This document shows, piece by piece, positions 26,357 to 39,485 of a stretch of DNA of 64,000 nucleotides. Source of the DNA: Lama guanicoe. Taxonomy: Eukaryota. The stretch's first letter is position 1. Each line of letters opens with the position of its first letter. The stretch lies in contig MU054187.1 in assembly GCA_013239625.1 (NCBI GenBank), forward strand, positions 20,897,280 to 20,961,279, read 5' to 3'. Under the pieces are notes generated by a model that worked only from the letters and a program-made list of their open reading frames with translations, ran no database searches and had not been told where the DNA came from. The position numbers and the translations under genes are program-made.

Positions 26357-26545
26357 TAGGATTGCCACATTTAGCAAATACAAATACAGAACACCAGGAA
26401 AATTTGAATCTGAGATAAACAATTTCTTAAAATAATAGGTCTGTCCCATATAGTACATAGGTCATACTTGTGCTAAAATAATATTCATTGTTTCTCTGAA
26501 ATGCACCTTTTATCTGAAAGGCCTATATTTTTCCTGGCAACCCAA
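26357..26545. mobile_element. MER53 palindromic hAT MITE
   Basis: Terminal inverted repeats TAGGATTGCCA...TGGCAACCCAA; internal arms AGATAAACAA versus TTGTTTCTCT; centre TGTCCCA...GGTCATACTT. Confidence 0.85.
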
Positions 26546-28400
26546 TCTCCACTCCTGTTTGCACTCAGAATCTTAGCCATTCTTTAACAAAAAGATTCTT
26601 CTTCTTTGAAATGTGTCCTAATCTCCCAAACTAAACTAATCACTTTTCTTGTGAATCAGTAAATTCTACTTTATATCATAGTTTTGTGGCTTCTCCTACC
26701 TTCCTACTAGGTTCCAATGACTTTGATAGGTACAGGTTATTCATCCTGTAACATTGCAAAACAGCTAACATTCTGCATAGGGTAAATGTTCAAAGAACTA
26801 CATTAAATTTGAGTTAGTTTATGGTAACCTCTACCCATCATTTCAGTTTAACCCGCATGTATTATCTGTGACAATATACACTACTGAAAAAAAAAACTGT
26901 GCCAGTAGATTTTAAAAGAGAAGTTGTCTGAAGTTAAATTATAAAGATGTTTGTACATTTGGGATATCTGTACGTTTAGAGCAACTTCTTTTACAAGCTT
27001 CCAAGTAGCCATGGTCATATCCTACCTGATTTACTTTTTAAGCTCTTGAATAAAAGTCAAGTTTTCTTTAGCCTTCATTCTTCAAATACTTGATGATAAT
27101 CAGGATGGGAGAGCTGTGTCTGATTTTTTTTTTAAATCTTAACAATAATTCATTAAGTCTCTCTTACATTCAAAGTAATTAAGTCAGATTTAATTTGTTA
27201 AACTCTCTCTCCTGCTGGAGGCTTCCCTGTTACTGTTTTATAGGGTGACTGTCCTCTAGAGTTTAGCAACTCAAATTAACTTTCATAAAATAAACATTGG
27301 CTCCCAAAATTTTGGCATGAGTTTAGCCTAGGATTCATGGGTAAGTAAATCACATATTTTTTAAAAGAGCCAAACCTATTTCTGTAATAATGTTCATGTT
27401 TTAGAAAGATACTGAACATGCTAATAAAAGTTGGAAAAGTAGGTGCACAAGTGTTTTTAGATACAAAATATATTTTAATGAAGTAGAATTCTCTTTATTC
27501 TTTATTGTGTTTTCACAGAATAGATACAGAATAGGCATAGCAAAAGAGTTTTCCAGTGCTCTTATAAAAAGTTTGTCAACCATGTTGTACACAGAACACC
27601 TCTGTGGGTGAGATGATGGTTCAGTAAGGATGCTGATTTGGTCTGTAGCATTGACAGAGACTGCCAACCAGGGGTATCACTTGCCAACTGGCACCCATTG
27701 CAGTGGCTTTTCCCCTTATGATAATTGCTTATCAATTGGGACTTTCATTTATTCATTAGCACTATAAATTTAACTTCAGTTTATGAAGCAAGCTCTAATA
27801 CCTCCAGAATTTTTGTCAATAAAATTGTTTGAGATTTTTGATTAGACTAGTGTTTGAAAACATGGCATTGTTAGCTGATTTTGTTCCTCTTCATTGCACT
27901 AATTGTTTATAAAAATTACACTCCATAAGCTTTTTGAGGAAACAAGTACTTTAATGAGCACACCATTTTAGAAATTGAGGATAATTTAAGTGATGTAGGA
28001 GCCCAGGCACTAGAAATTTGCCTCAAATTATTTTAAGCAAATCATCCAGCAATCATTATTTCACTAAATTTATCACAAGTGAAATTCAGAAAGGTATGAT
28101 TTGATTCATGTCTGTTCAAGTGTGATGGAATGCCCCACTAGGGGAGGAGCAGGAAACTTGGTTGTCCCTCCACCCGCTCTGGTAAATAAGCGACATACTG
28201 TGAGGAGTTGTGCCACCACAGGTGATGCATGGTGGGGTGTGGATGGAGGAGAAATATGGGCTCAGATCTAGGATCCCACACTCATAAGAAGAATTCTGCT
28301 ACCGCTGGGGAAGACTACCTCCAAGGCACTGGTAGAAAGGGTCTACCAGTGAGAGAGCAAGAGAACTAAGGAGGGGAACTTTCTCAATCTGACAATGACT

Positions 28401-28580
28401 ACCTACAAAGAAACCTACAGCTAAACATCACCCTTACTGGTGAGAAACTCAAAGCTTTTCCTCTAAGATCAGCAACAAGGATAGGACCTACCTTCAAATT
28501 ATTGCGTTTTACCTGCATACTGGTAGTTCCAGCTAATGCAATCAGGCCAAAAAATAAATAAGTATATAAAAGATGAGAGG
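28401..28580 (+). mobile_element. Old L1 ORF2 reverse-transcriptase fragment
   Basis: Degenerate KPTA...GEKLKAFPLRSATR...ILVVPANAIR. Confidence 0.8.
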
Positions 28581-28586
28581 CCAGCA

Positions 28587-28692
28587 CAGTGGTGTGGTAA
28601 CAAACGAGATCTCTGATAAGGAAAGAAAGAAAGAAAAAGACCTGATTGTAGTGTTGACTAATTTCCATGGTCTAAATAACTCCCACCAGTGG
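28587..28692 (+). mobile_element. MER63-like hAT fragment
   Basis: CAGTGGTGTG start; CCTGATTGTAGTGTTG..AATTTCCATGGT..AAATAACTCCCACCA. Confidence 0.6.
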
Positions 28693-31600
28693 AAAATTTT
28701 ATGACTATATGACAGACTCTTCAAACAGTAAAAATGCTACAGAGATTTTAATTGCATTTGCTAAAATCATTAACTAACAAAAACAAGTCAAAAAGATAGT
28801 CCTTTTTACCAACACTGTGAGAATTCTTGCATTTAAAAAATAATAATGCTTACAAAATAACATAATTTTCTCCTGTGGGTCAATACAAGAAAAATGTAAA
28901 AAATGGAAACTTTTCTCAACAAAAAGCTCAATGACATTTTTATTGCTAGTTTTTGGAAAAAAAGATAAACAGGATTCAACACTTTAAAGGCAGCATAATA
29001 AAAACTTCTTGAATTATATATTGGTATCCAAATAAAGCACTAGATAATTTTAATAGTGTTTTTTTCAAAGTTATAGAATTGTGAATTTTTTTTACATTTT
29101 TCACTTTTCCCATAGTGAGCATGTATTACTCTTATAATGAGAAAAAAATCAAATGTTGAAAAATAACATTTTTAAAATGAATGGAACACTCAATTTAGTT
29201 ATTTCTTTTAAACACCACTCAAGTAGTTGAAGGAATCATTGGTACATTATCTTTAACAGGAAGAAAAAAGATTTGTTCTTCCACTAAATGAAAGGGCTGA
29301 GTCAGCCATTAAAAACCCTATGAAGAAAGATCAGAGAATAGCAAAAGTTTTGATTCAAACATCTTGAAGTTATGGGAAACTATAAAAAGATTTAACAATT
29401 AGCAAATTTTGAAAGGCAAAAGGAAAAGTGATTCAGACAGCTTTTCTAAAGAAATGATTTTCTAAATCTATTTAGTCATAGAAGTTTTCCTTCAAGGGAA
29501 TCATACCTGGTGACCTAAGATAGAAAACAGGTTAAAAAAAAAGACCTGCCATTGTGGAAATGAAGATGTGGCAACCCTCAGTAGCAGCCCCTCCTGTGAG
29601 ACCCTTGGGGCACAATCTAAAAATCACTCTTCTGAGGTAGAAAAAAGAGTAATAAAAATGGAACCGAGACTGTGAATAACCAGCAGGCCTTAGTATACAC
29701 AATATTGTTTAATTCCATAGATATTAAAATATCCCAAATTCTTGAGATGAATCTGTGAACAATGACAGAAAAGAAAGGAAAATAATCCAAAGAAAGAATC
29801 CAGATCCCAGAAGCTTACCCTGGCTAAAGGGCAGAGATTTATGCTGGCAGCAGTCAACGAAAAAAGTAACAATGCTGTGTTGCAAGAAAGCAAAAAAGGA
29901 CACATTTTCATAATCACTACTTAACAGGGAAAAAAAAATCCTCCGATTTTGAATGCACAATTGTATAATACACCTGTGGCAGGCATAAAGCACAAGAGGA
30001 GCAGAAGAAGGTTGACCAGTCTTCAAAGATGCATTTATTCACTGGAAATAGCACTGTGTACATAATACACGATATAAAAATGTGTACAGGCAGTTGTAGC
30101 ACAGAATCAAAATGAAGCCTTGCATTTCTACGGAGAACTGGATGGAAAAGGAAGGAAACCAGTTCCAACTAATATAAGCCCGTAAAACATGCTGCAGACA
30201 GTTGTAATTAGTATGTTAGAGGATTGACAGGAGGGTTTAGAAAACTTAGTTCTTCTCCCTTTGCCCATTCAAACGCTTCCTGTGGGTTAAGTTCTTCCCC
30301 TGCCTCTGGATGAGCTCTGGTGCAAGTTTATTATTTTAGATCATACAAGGTCCTCCAGATTGAGTGGCTGGTTTGCTCAGTCCTCTATAACAAAAATAAA
30401 TAAATTCCAACTTTCACTGAAAGGTAAATCTCCAGTTTAGGTTCAATATCCCGTATCTCTACTCTTTGTTTTAGCAAAGGAAAGGAAAGTTAGTTAAGGA
30501 AAAGGAAGGGAGGGGAGGATGGAGGAGCAGGAGGGGAGGAAGGTCTCCAATGCCATTGAGAACTGAAGCTGTCTGCCTGCTTGGACCTGCTTCATTCTCT
30601 TTCTTGGTAGCCAGGTCCCCACCCACTGCCCTTCAGGCTGCCTCTGACTTCCCCAAGGCTGAAGTGGAGGTGGGAAGGGATGGATAAAGGTAAGGGAAAG
30701 AAAAAGTCACACTTGACCAGTATCAATCTAATCTGGTCTCCAGTTCTTATGACTGATCAGAAGTTTAAAGCAGACTCCCCATCTCTCAGCAGCTGTCCTT
30801 TCTGGGTCGTACTGACCACAGCCACCATGGGAAAGGGTGACCTCCTCCTTGGCCTTCTGCTTAAAATCCCGCATCAGGGTCCAGGGCACTATTCTGTATC
30901 TGACCTTGGACGAACCATCAGTGCAAACAAGTTAATCCCGACAGAACCTGTTCTCTGCTGCCCTGGCTCCTCTGGCCACTCTTACCTGGAGTTCTGTTTG
31001 GTTATGAGCATAATTCGGACATTTGTCTACTGTGCCTTCTCGAACTCCAAGGGATACAGGTTAACTCAGGTTAACTGTCCTTCTTGAGGCTCGTCTCCCC
31101 AAGGCTTGGGGTGACTAGAGAGCAAACTCTACTCATCCCCCCAGGAGCGATCATATCACAGCACTCCAGCAACTTATCTAGAGGAATCCCCTCCCCACTC
31201 CTCAGATCACTGCAGTGTCAGTCCTTTAATACCTCACGTGGGTGAGTGTCTACAAAGCCAGTCTTCACACATCTTCTTTGCAGTCCCACCCCCTTATTTG
31301 GAAAGTAGGAGCACCTACCACCTGTGGATTTGGGTTGACCCTTTGAGCTTCAACCAAAGCTAAGACAAAAATAATGCCACTTTAGCATCCTATGATATTC
31401 ATTAATAGGGCAAAGATGCTTTTCTTCCTGTGTACATGAAATACAACCCCCCAGTGGGGACAGAAAATCATATCTGAAGTGAAAACATGATTACAATGAT
31501 AGAGAAACCTATAATTTGGACTAGTCCCTTCACAATATCCAGGAATAGCTGTATTTATATACATGATCCTCATAAGATAATAAATCATCTTTTATCAATA

Positions 31601-31708
31601 CACTTAATTCTAGTAAACTGGCTAATACAATAAAAATTTAAGGGCAAAATTAAATTAATTAAGCCATTATCTCCATGGAGTAAAATTTTAATATTCTCCC
31701 ATACACCT

Positions 31709-31767
31709 CACATGCGCGTGTGTGTGCACACACGTGCGCATGCACACACACACACACACACACACAC
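31709..31767. repeat. Alternating purine-pyrimidine tract ending in (CA)n
   Basis: 59 nt of unbroken RY alternation. Confidence 0.95.
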
Positions 31768-31829
31768 TGCACTGATTAAACTGATGGTTGTTTGTTTCCT
31801 GTGATTCAGAAATGGTTAAGAAGCTATAG

Positions 31830-32027
31830 TACAAATTACTATATACACAATAAACAGCAATGTCCTACCGTACAGCACAGGGAACTATATTCAATAGCTT
31901 GTAACAACCTATAATTAAAAAGAATATGAAAATGCGTATATGTGTATATATGCATGACTGAGACATTATGCTGTACATCAGAAATTGACACATTGTAACT
32001 GACTCTACTTCAATTAATTAAAAAAAA
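31830..32027 (+). mobile_element. Younger L1 3' end
   Basis: CAGCACAGGGAACTATATTCAATA...GAAATTGACACATTGTAACTGAC, then poly(A); degenerate TSD AAGAAGCTATAG (31818) and AAGAACATATAG (32028). Confidence 0.9.
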
Positions 32028-32599
32028 AAGAACATATAGAGATTCTCAGTGTTTCTTAAGTTTTGCATAGTGACTCTGGTACTTAGGATACCACAGTAAA
32101 ACAAATCCAAGCACAATATACGTATAGAAACAAAAGTAGAGTGGATAATTGAAGCAATTATCTTGAGCATTCATGCCTAATTTGCTGAAATAATCCTTGA
32201 AATATCCAGATAATAACAGTGAGTACAAAGCTTCTGGAGAGAGGAGTCATCTCCAATCAGTACCCCACTGCCTGGCAATGAAATGTTCTTGTTTTGGGGG
32301 GAAGCAAGGCTTTTTAAAACTTTTCTGTTTAACATATAGTTACAGGAGGCAAGTCTCTTCCTCCAGGAAGAATCACTGATAAGCAGATGCTAAAAGAGCT
32401 GAAATCTGGCGGCAGGCTCTGAAGATGCAGAGCAACCTTACCCTGATTTACCACTTGATCGTGGGAAAAAGCATTTAGCATTTTCTGAAAAATTTCCCTC
32501 CAGGGATTGATTCCTCTATTGTTTATTCCTCCTTCTCAACTTCCTCTGCTTTTGTATTATAGTGAGTTGATAGACTTATGCAGGGATGTCAGAACACAT

Positions 32600-33225
32600 T
32601 TTTAAATAAACTTTAAAATAAAGTTCAGATTAGCTTTAGATTCTCAGACAAGTTGGAAAACTATTTCCCTTACACCCCTCACCCAGTTTCCCATATTGTA
32701 ACATCTCACACTACCAGAGTATGTTTGAAACAAACTAAGAAAATAAGGCTGCGGTATTACTGTTGACACAATGTAAATTTCACTAGTTTCTCCACTGATG
32801 TCTTTCTGTCCCAGGATCCCATCCAGGGTGCCGTGTTACATTTAGTAGTCATGCCTCTTTACTCTCCTCTGGTCTCCTCTGACAGTTCTTCAGGTTTTTC
32901 TTGTTTTTCACAACCTTGACAGTTCTTTGTTCACCAGGAAGGTATTTTATACAACATCTGTCAACTTGGGTTTGTCTGATGTCTTTCTCATGGAAAGGCT
33001 AGGGTTAAAGGTTTTTTAGGGGGAATATTATAGAAGTTAAGTGTTCTCACAGCATGACAGGAGTACAGGTCACCAGCATGACTTATCACTGACCTTGTTC
33101 ACCCTGATCACCTGGCCAAGGTAATGCTTGCCACATTTCTCCACTGCAAATTTAATTTCCTCTTTTCATACTCTGTTCTTTAAAAGGAGTCCGTAAGTGC
33201 AGCCAAAACTCAAGGATGAGAGAGG
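32600..33225 (-). mobile_element. L1MC3/4-like 3' UTR fragment
   Basis: CCCAGGATCCCATCCAGG, TTGGGTTTGTCTGATGT, TGATCACCTGGCCAAGGTA, TAAGTGCAGCC motifs. Confidence 0.75.
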
Positions 33226-33429
33226 TAGTCAAAACATTTTAAAGTGCATTAGTTGTCCTTAATTACAAAGTAATTCTTCCATGGGATACAAAATCCGTAA
33301 ATTTAGCTGCTTCATATTTTGAGAAGAAAACAGAGCAATTCCATGTAGATTTTCATACTGTTCCATGCAGATTTTCAGTTCAAACATTTTTGCCTTCCCA
33401 GGGGTTGATGAGGTATGGGTGTGAGTGCA

Positions 33430-33433
<4 letters not shown>

Positions 33434-33461
<28 letters not shown>
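33434..33461. repeat. (TG)14 microsatellite
   Basis: Seen directly in the sequence. Confidence 0.95.
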
Positions 33462-33464
<3 letters not shown>

Positions 33465-34629
33465 CTATGTGCACAGAAAATTAATGTAAATAGTTCAAAT
33501 ATACATCCTAATATTTAAAGGAAACAGTGCATTTATAAATGCATAGTACCTAATATCTGGTAGTAATTTGGTAGTATAGCAATAATCTTAATAACTGAGT
33601 ACACTTGTAATTTTTTATCCCAATATTTACAATAAGCCTTTTTTTATTGTATTGAGTGCCATTAATTAATATCTATTCTGTGTTAGAAAATAATGAAAAA
33701 TGACACAAATATAAAGAAAATTTAAATTGCCCAAGACCTAAATGCACAAAGCTGTAATTGCCTTGTCATCAACAATATGTACTTATAAACCTTTCTATTC
33801 CAAATGCTTTTCAAACAGGTTGTACCAATTTACATCTCCTGCCATACACTGAGAGCACTTTTCTTTCATGGGTGTAAATATCAGTTTATTGTCCAAATCT
33901 TAGGTCAAATTGTCATAAATAATTGGAGAGATGTTCTCAGCCTTACACTTGTATAAACCATGCTGCATATATTTTGCATAGAATTTCCTCCTGCCAAGAT
34001 AACTTTCCTCATTACTCACAAGCCATCAGCTGAGTTGTGTGAGAGAACAAGAGTAACAGAGTCAAAGGAAAGTGGAGGTAAGACTGAAAAAAGAAACTAT
34101 TATTAAAACACCTCAAAGACACAGGTTAGCTTCCAGTGTAGAAGATTTTTTCTTTAATTTTATTCTACTCACTGCAATCAACATATATTTATGCAATGTA
34201 TGCAATCAACATGTATTGATTTATTGAGTAGTTCCTACATGACAGTCACTCTTCCAGGTATTTGAGTTTTAGGAAAAATCACCTGCCTTTTCATGGTCAT
34301 ATTGGAGCATACTGTTTAACAGGCATGCCCAGGATTATTATCAAGCAAACTTTCCCTTCTTGATTTACTATTTACTACTGACCAGAGCTCAGATGCTGTG
34401 AAATTATTTGGTACTTGTAGATTTTTGTCTAGTGGAAATGCAAGTGATTTTTTTTTCTGATGGAAATGTTGTTTTCTGAGAAAAAACAGCTTTATTATTG
34501 TATTTATCTATAATATATTAACAAGTTTTGTTTTTAGGCTATCAGTATTATTCCTTCTTCAGCATCTAACATGTTCAGTTTCTCAAAATGTGTTTTACCC
34601 GTTTTATCATCCTATTGTTCCTCTCATTA

Positions 34630-35345
34630 ATGAGTTAAATAAATCTTTAATACATTGTTTACTCACTACTATATGAGAGTCAATTTTACTTTGACATGGG
34701 CATAAGATAGGAAGACAAACAGTCCTCAAAAATGCTTGTGTTTTTGTAAACTGTACTGTGGTGGGATAAAACCAATACCAAAAAAAAAAAAATGGCACAC
34801 TGTGCTAGAAACTGATAATTATTATATGGATGAATAAAGCAAGAAAGTGAGATAAGAAATGTAGGAATGGACATTGTAATTTTAAATAGAGTGATCAGGC
34901 CAGGCCTTGCTGTGAAAATGATATTTGAATGAATATTTGAAGGCAGTGAGAGCACAAGTCATTGAAAATTCTAAGGGAAGAGCACTTCCAGGAAGGAAGC
35001 AGTGTGTTCCAAAGTCCTGCAGTGGGAGCCTTTCCAGCATAACAGAGATGAGCTAGAAGACCAAAAATATATATGGAAGCAGGAGAGAAGGGTGGTGTAG
35101 GCTTTAGACTTTACTATTACTGAGATGGGAAACTACTGGAGATTTCTGAGCATTGGCTGACATAATCCAATTTCTTTTTTAGAGGCTCATTTTAGTTGCT
35201 CTGATAAGAATAGACTGTGGGCTAAAAGGAGGAGGGAAACCCGTTAGGATGTTATTGCCACAGTGCAGGTGAGAGACGGCAGGGGTCTGGACCAGTGCTG
35301 TAGTGATGGAGGAGGTATAAAAAGTACTGTTATCTTGAGTATATT
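34630..35345 (-). mobile_element. L2 3' region
   Basis: ATTTTAAATAGAGTGATCAGG, GAAGAGCACTTCCAGG, GAGATGGGAAACTACTGGAG, CAGGTGAGAGACGG. Confidence 0.75.
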
Positions 35346-36059
35346 TTTTAGCATGTAAATAAATAATATGCCATTCACAAAAAAAAAGGATTAATCAGTG
35401 TGACTACAGGGAAAAAAAGAAAAAACAAAAACAGAGCCACGGTAGCAGGGATCCAGTGTTACGTCAGTGTAACACAGAATAGAAGAAAAACTGAGCAATT
35501 GAGAAGAGAAAACCCTTTCTTCCCCTTTGCAAGATTTTCTTTACTGTGAGAAAAGGGTTTTGTGCTACCCTAGTTGAGGGACTTTTTAAAGTTTTATTTT
35601 CTGACGGTACTTCATGCTTATTATAGAACAATGGCAAAATACAAAACAGGAGGTACCAAAAATTTTTTAAAAATTCATGCCTGAAAGAGTCCCACATTCA
35701 AGAGTAATTCAAGTAACAAAAACCTCCACATACTGTGATTTAGTTTAGTAGCCCTAACATTAGCACTGGGACAGTGTGTTTAGTTTTTTAGTGTCGTGGT
35801 TTTAATTTCAAGTTACTGAATCCTTTGTGTAAATAATACATTGCTAGGAAGAGAAATATATAAAACAGTTAATGGGGAACCCTCTTTACTTGAAGCTGAG
35901 ATATGGGAACAGGAATCCAAACTGGATCCCTTCCTCTGCAATGTTCTTTGATGAATCACCAGTGACATCTAGGGCCCAGGGGAGCATGATGGCTTCTCTA
36001 ATTTAGTGTCACTTCATTAAACCTAGGTAAATAGGTACTTCCAAAAGATATCTGTTCAG

Positions 36060-36555
36060 TGTGGTATATTTATACAATGGAATACTACTCAGCCATTAAA
36101 AATAATAAAATAATGTAATTTGGATGGACCAGTAACATGGATGGACCTGGAGATTCTAAGTGAAATAAGCCAGAAGCAGAAAGAAAAATACCGTATGATA
36201 TCACTTACATGTGGAATCTAAAAAACAAAAGACAAATGAACTTTATAAAACAGAAACAGACTCATATAGAAAATAAATTTATGATTACCAGGGAGGGAGA
36301 TGATGGGAAGGGATAAATTGGTAGTTCAAGATTTGCAGATACTAACTACTGCATATAAAATAAATAAACAAGTTTATTCTGTATAGCACAGGGAACTATA
36401 TTCAATACCTTGTAGTAACTATAATAAAAAAGAATATGAAAACGAATATATGGATGTATATGTATGACTGAACTATTGTGCTGTACACCAGAAATTGACA
36501 CGTTGTAAATTGACTATACTTTTATTAATTAATTAATTAATTAAATTTTAAAAAT
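36060..36555 (+). mobile_element. Younger L1 3' end
   Basis: TACAATGGAATACTACTCAGCC through GAAATTGACACGTTGTAAATTGACTATAC with a (TTAA)n/A tail; no convincing TSD. Confidence 0.9.
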
Positions 36556-39485
36556 TAAGAAAATAAAGTCACACACAAGAAAAATAAAATCAGGGATACT
36601 CCCAAACTGGTCTTCTTTCTATTTAGCATTCTGAGTAAAGTCACCTGTTCGAAGAGTTTTAGGAGAAGCTGTTTAGTAAAAGCAAACCTTGGGCCAAGAG
36701 TTGGGACACCAGTCCAGTAAGTCAGTCCAAAGCACACTGCAGATTTATATCTGTGGTTCTTAATGATCTCATTTGTTAAGTTAAGTTTCAGGGTCGGAAC
36801 AGAACACTTATAAAATATTTGAACTTCCTCAAAAAGGAGCTGAGCTTTTGGGTCAGATTTTTAAAATAAAAATAAAGTGTTAGAAAGAAAAGAAAAACAT
36901 GATTTACTTAGTATGTGCTCTTAGGCTTCTGTTCTGTTTTCCAAGTGCACAAAGTAGTAAGAGTAATGAACTTATTTTATTCACAAATGAAAAGCTAAGA
37001 GAGAGAGAGGAAACTGAACTTGTTGGAATGTCCATGAAACATCAGATGGTGATCAAGATTTGGGGAGCTATATTTTAAAGACAAAAATAATTAAAAGTTT
37101 TAAGAAGCTCTTGGGATGTATATTTATTTTAACTTAATACATATCATAAAGATAAACTACAAGTAGCCCCCCCCACCCCCCAAGTCAGCCAGCATTCACA
37201 ATGCATATCGGTAGTGGATTCGTTTAATATAAACCTGGGTTGCCTCATGACCAGGTTCAATATTTTGCTACAAGTACAGAGAAGAGTCCAACTCCAAATA
37301 ACCTTGGCTGGGACTTGAGACCTTACCTGCAGGCCTCTTTGGTCATCTTTTCTTATCAATAAGGCTTCATTCCACTGAATTTTCTTCTCCTTTTCTCTTC
37401 AAGACTTAGAACTGCCTTCGGCCCTGTGGCTCTTTTTATCTCAGCATTTGGGATGCTCAGCACCCCCTCACCCCCACACACAAGCTCACAGTAGGTATAT
37501 GCACCTTCTTAAGGAGCCTCATCCTCTCACTCACTCAGCATGTCCTAAGTGCATCCCTTTGCAACATTTTTACAAAATACAGTTTAAAAAATTTCAAGAC
37601 TTTCTAGGGACTCAGCTTTAATAGACAGTTGGGGTTATTACCAATACTTAAGCTTTAATGTTTCGTCCTTGTCACCTATATTCAACAAAAATAATTGCAA
37701 GCTACTTTTTTTGTAAGCTACTTTTCTAGTCATAATTATGTTATCTCCCTCATATTATTAATTTTTTCCCACATCATTTGAATGGCTCCCTATCATTGGC
37801 CATTTGTTGGCTCCAATTTTCCTTAATAGTTAAAGATTCCTTATGTATTCATCTTTTGAGTCAAATATTTGATAACTTTCCTGATTTCTTAGGGAAAATT
37901 CCTACACAGTAAATGTTGGGGTCAAAGTACATGAATATTTTTAATGCTGTTATTATATTTTACCAACATTCCCTCTAGGTAGATTATTGATTATGATTTT
38001 ATTGCTTACTGAACTGTTTTCACCTCTTTTGTTTCTTGGATCCTATTTACCCAAATCATCAGTTGGATCCTGGACTGGCAAAGTTCATTTTACAGTTTAT
38101 AGCAGGGTTTATTTTGGTAGCTCTCCACCTAGACTACAAATAATAATTGTTCACTTTTTATTTTTTATTTTATTGATTCTTAATATAAAAGAGTCAGAAT
38201 CAGTTAGATCTGGCAGCTTACATACTTTCATTATGGAAAACATCCATGCTTCTTAGTATTTCTCACTGCCTTCTTATATATATATATATATTTTTTTTTC
38301 CTGGAATAGCTGTAAACTTCTATTTCAGACTGCATCATAGGCCCTGTGATTCAGAGATTTAGCATTTTTACTTTCAACAACTGGACAGTAACTGTTAAAG
38401 TCTAGGTCACAAAATTATTGAAAATTTTGCCAAGTAGAAATTTGAATGGTGGCAATGTGAGTTTGGGCTGGGAGTGAGTCATTTAGTCAATGCAACTTCA
38501 TTTCTCTGCACATTTTATTTATGGGCAGACTCTCTTCTGGTGTCTCGAGTGAAAGCACTAATTCTTTTTTACTGTGAGAAATAGGGCCTGGAAAAAATTC
38601 ACCTTATAAAGTTGGAGGGGAAACAATAGACAAAATACTGGAGTTTTAAAGGGCTATGAATACTGTTGAGAAAACAGAGGTTTTGGTTAGATAAGATGGC
38701 GGAACCTCTAACTTGGTTGTGGATCTCATCTAATCTATTTTTACACTCATCTCATGCTCAGTAGAGTAACCGGGGCACTTCTTGCCACTTCTGAGCAAGG
38801 GCCTTGCTGACATGGTGTATCTGTATAGAGGTAAAACCTGAGAGACTTTCAGAACTACTCATCTGTGTTTGGAGGATATTTACAGCAAACACCTACCTCT
38901 TAAAGAGTATGCAACTCAAGTTAAATCCAGGAACCCATACAAACATTTCCGTAAAGGTTCTGAACAAAATTTTACCATGAATAAAACTTGATATTGAGAA
39001 TTTTAAGAAGGATTTCACTGGAGATGCAGCTTTTGCCAAATATGTACCTGCTAAGGCCAAAAATCTTCACAGAAGGGAAGATCCAGAGGCCAGAAAAAAA
39101 AAAAATAGTCAATGAGGACAAGACTGTGTGTATTGGAAGAAAATGCCTTCCTGACCAGGCGAGCATTTAATCCATGCACTGCTCAGCTGTAATCATCATT
39201 CATCACCACTGATTCACTTTGCTGACTCGAGAGAAGTTCAGAGTTAGGTTACTACAGTAATAATGTAATGTACTGTGGAGTTTATTTTAATGGCAGAATT
39301 AATTTTAACAGCTTTATAAATTACTTTAGTTCTGTATTTATAGAATCATTAAGGTTTTGAAGGGATCCGTCATATTTTCAGTTATACTTTACTACATTTA
39401 TAAAGAAAATTATATGTTATGTTGGTGTGAGTGACTTAACATATTCCAAAAGCTCTCAGGGTGTAGCACTCAAGAATCTATTCTG

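Noticed and set aside
28327..28351. 10 bp hairpin CACTGGTAGA/TCTACCAGTG
   Set aside because: Isolated and at chance frequency; no associated RNA-gene features
30827..30841. MGKGD as the start of an HMGB processed pseudogene
   Set aside because: Similarity ends after 5 residues, with no PKKPRGKM continuation and no HMG box
36556..36650. Possible 3' transduction after the L1 at 36060
   Set aside because: The candidate TSD match is weak and no second poly(A) tail precedes it
37321..37460. Strong minus-strand donor CAG|GTAAGG with an upstream purine-rich exon-like stretch
   Set aside because: Stops occur upstream in the frames checked, there is no clear acceptor, and the sequence looks like decayed L2
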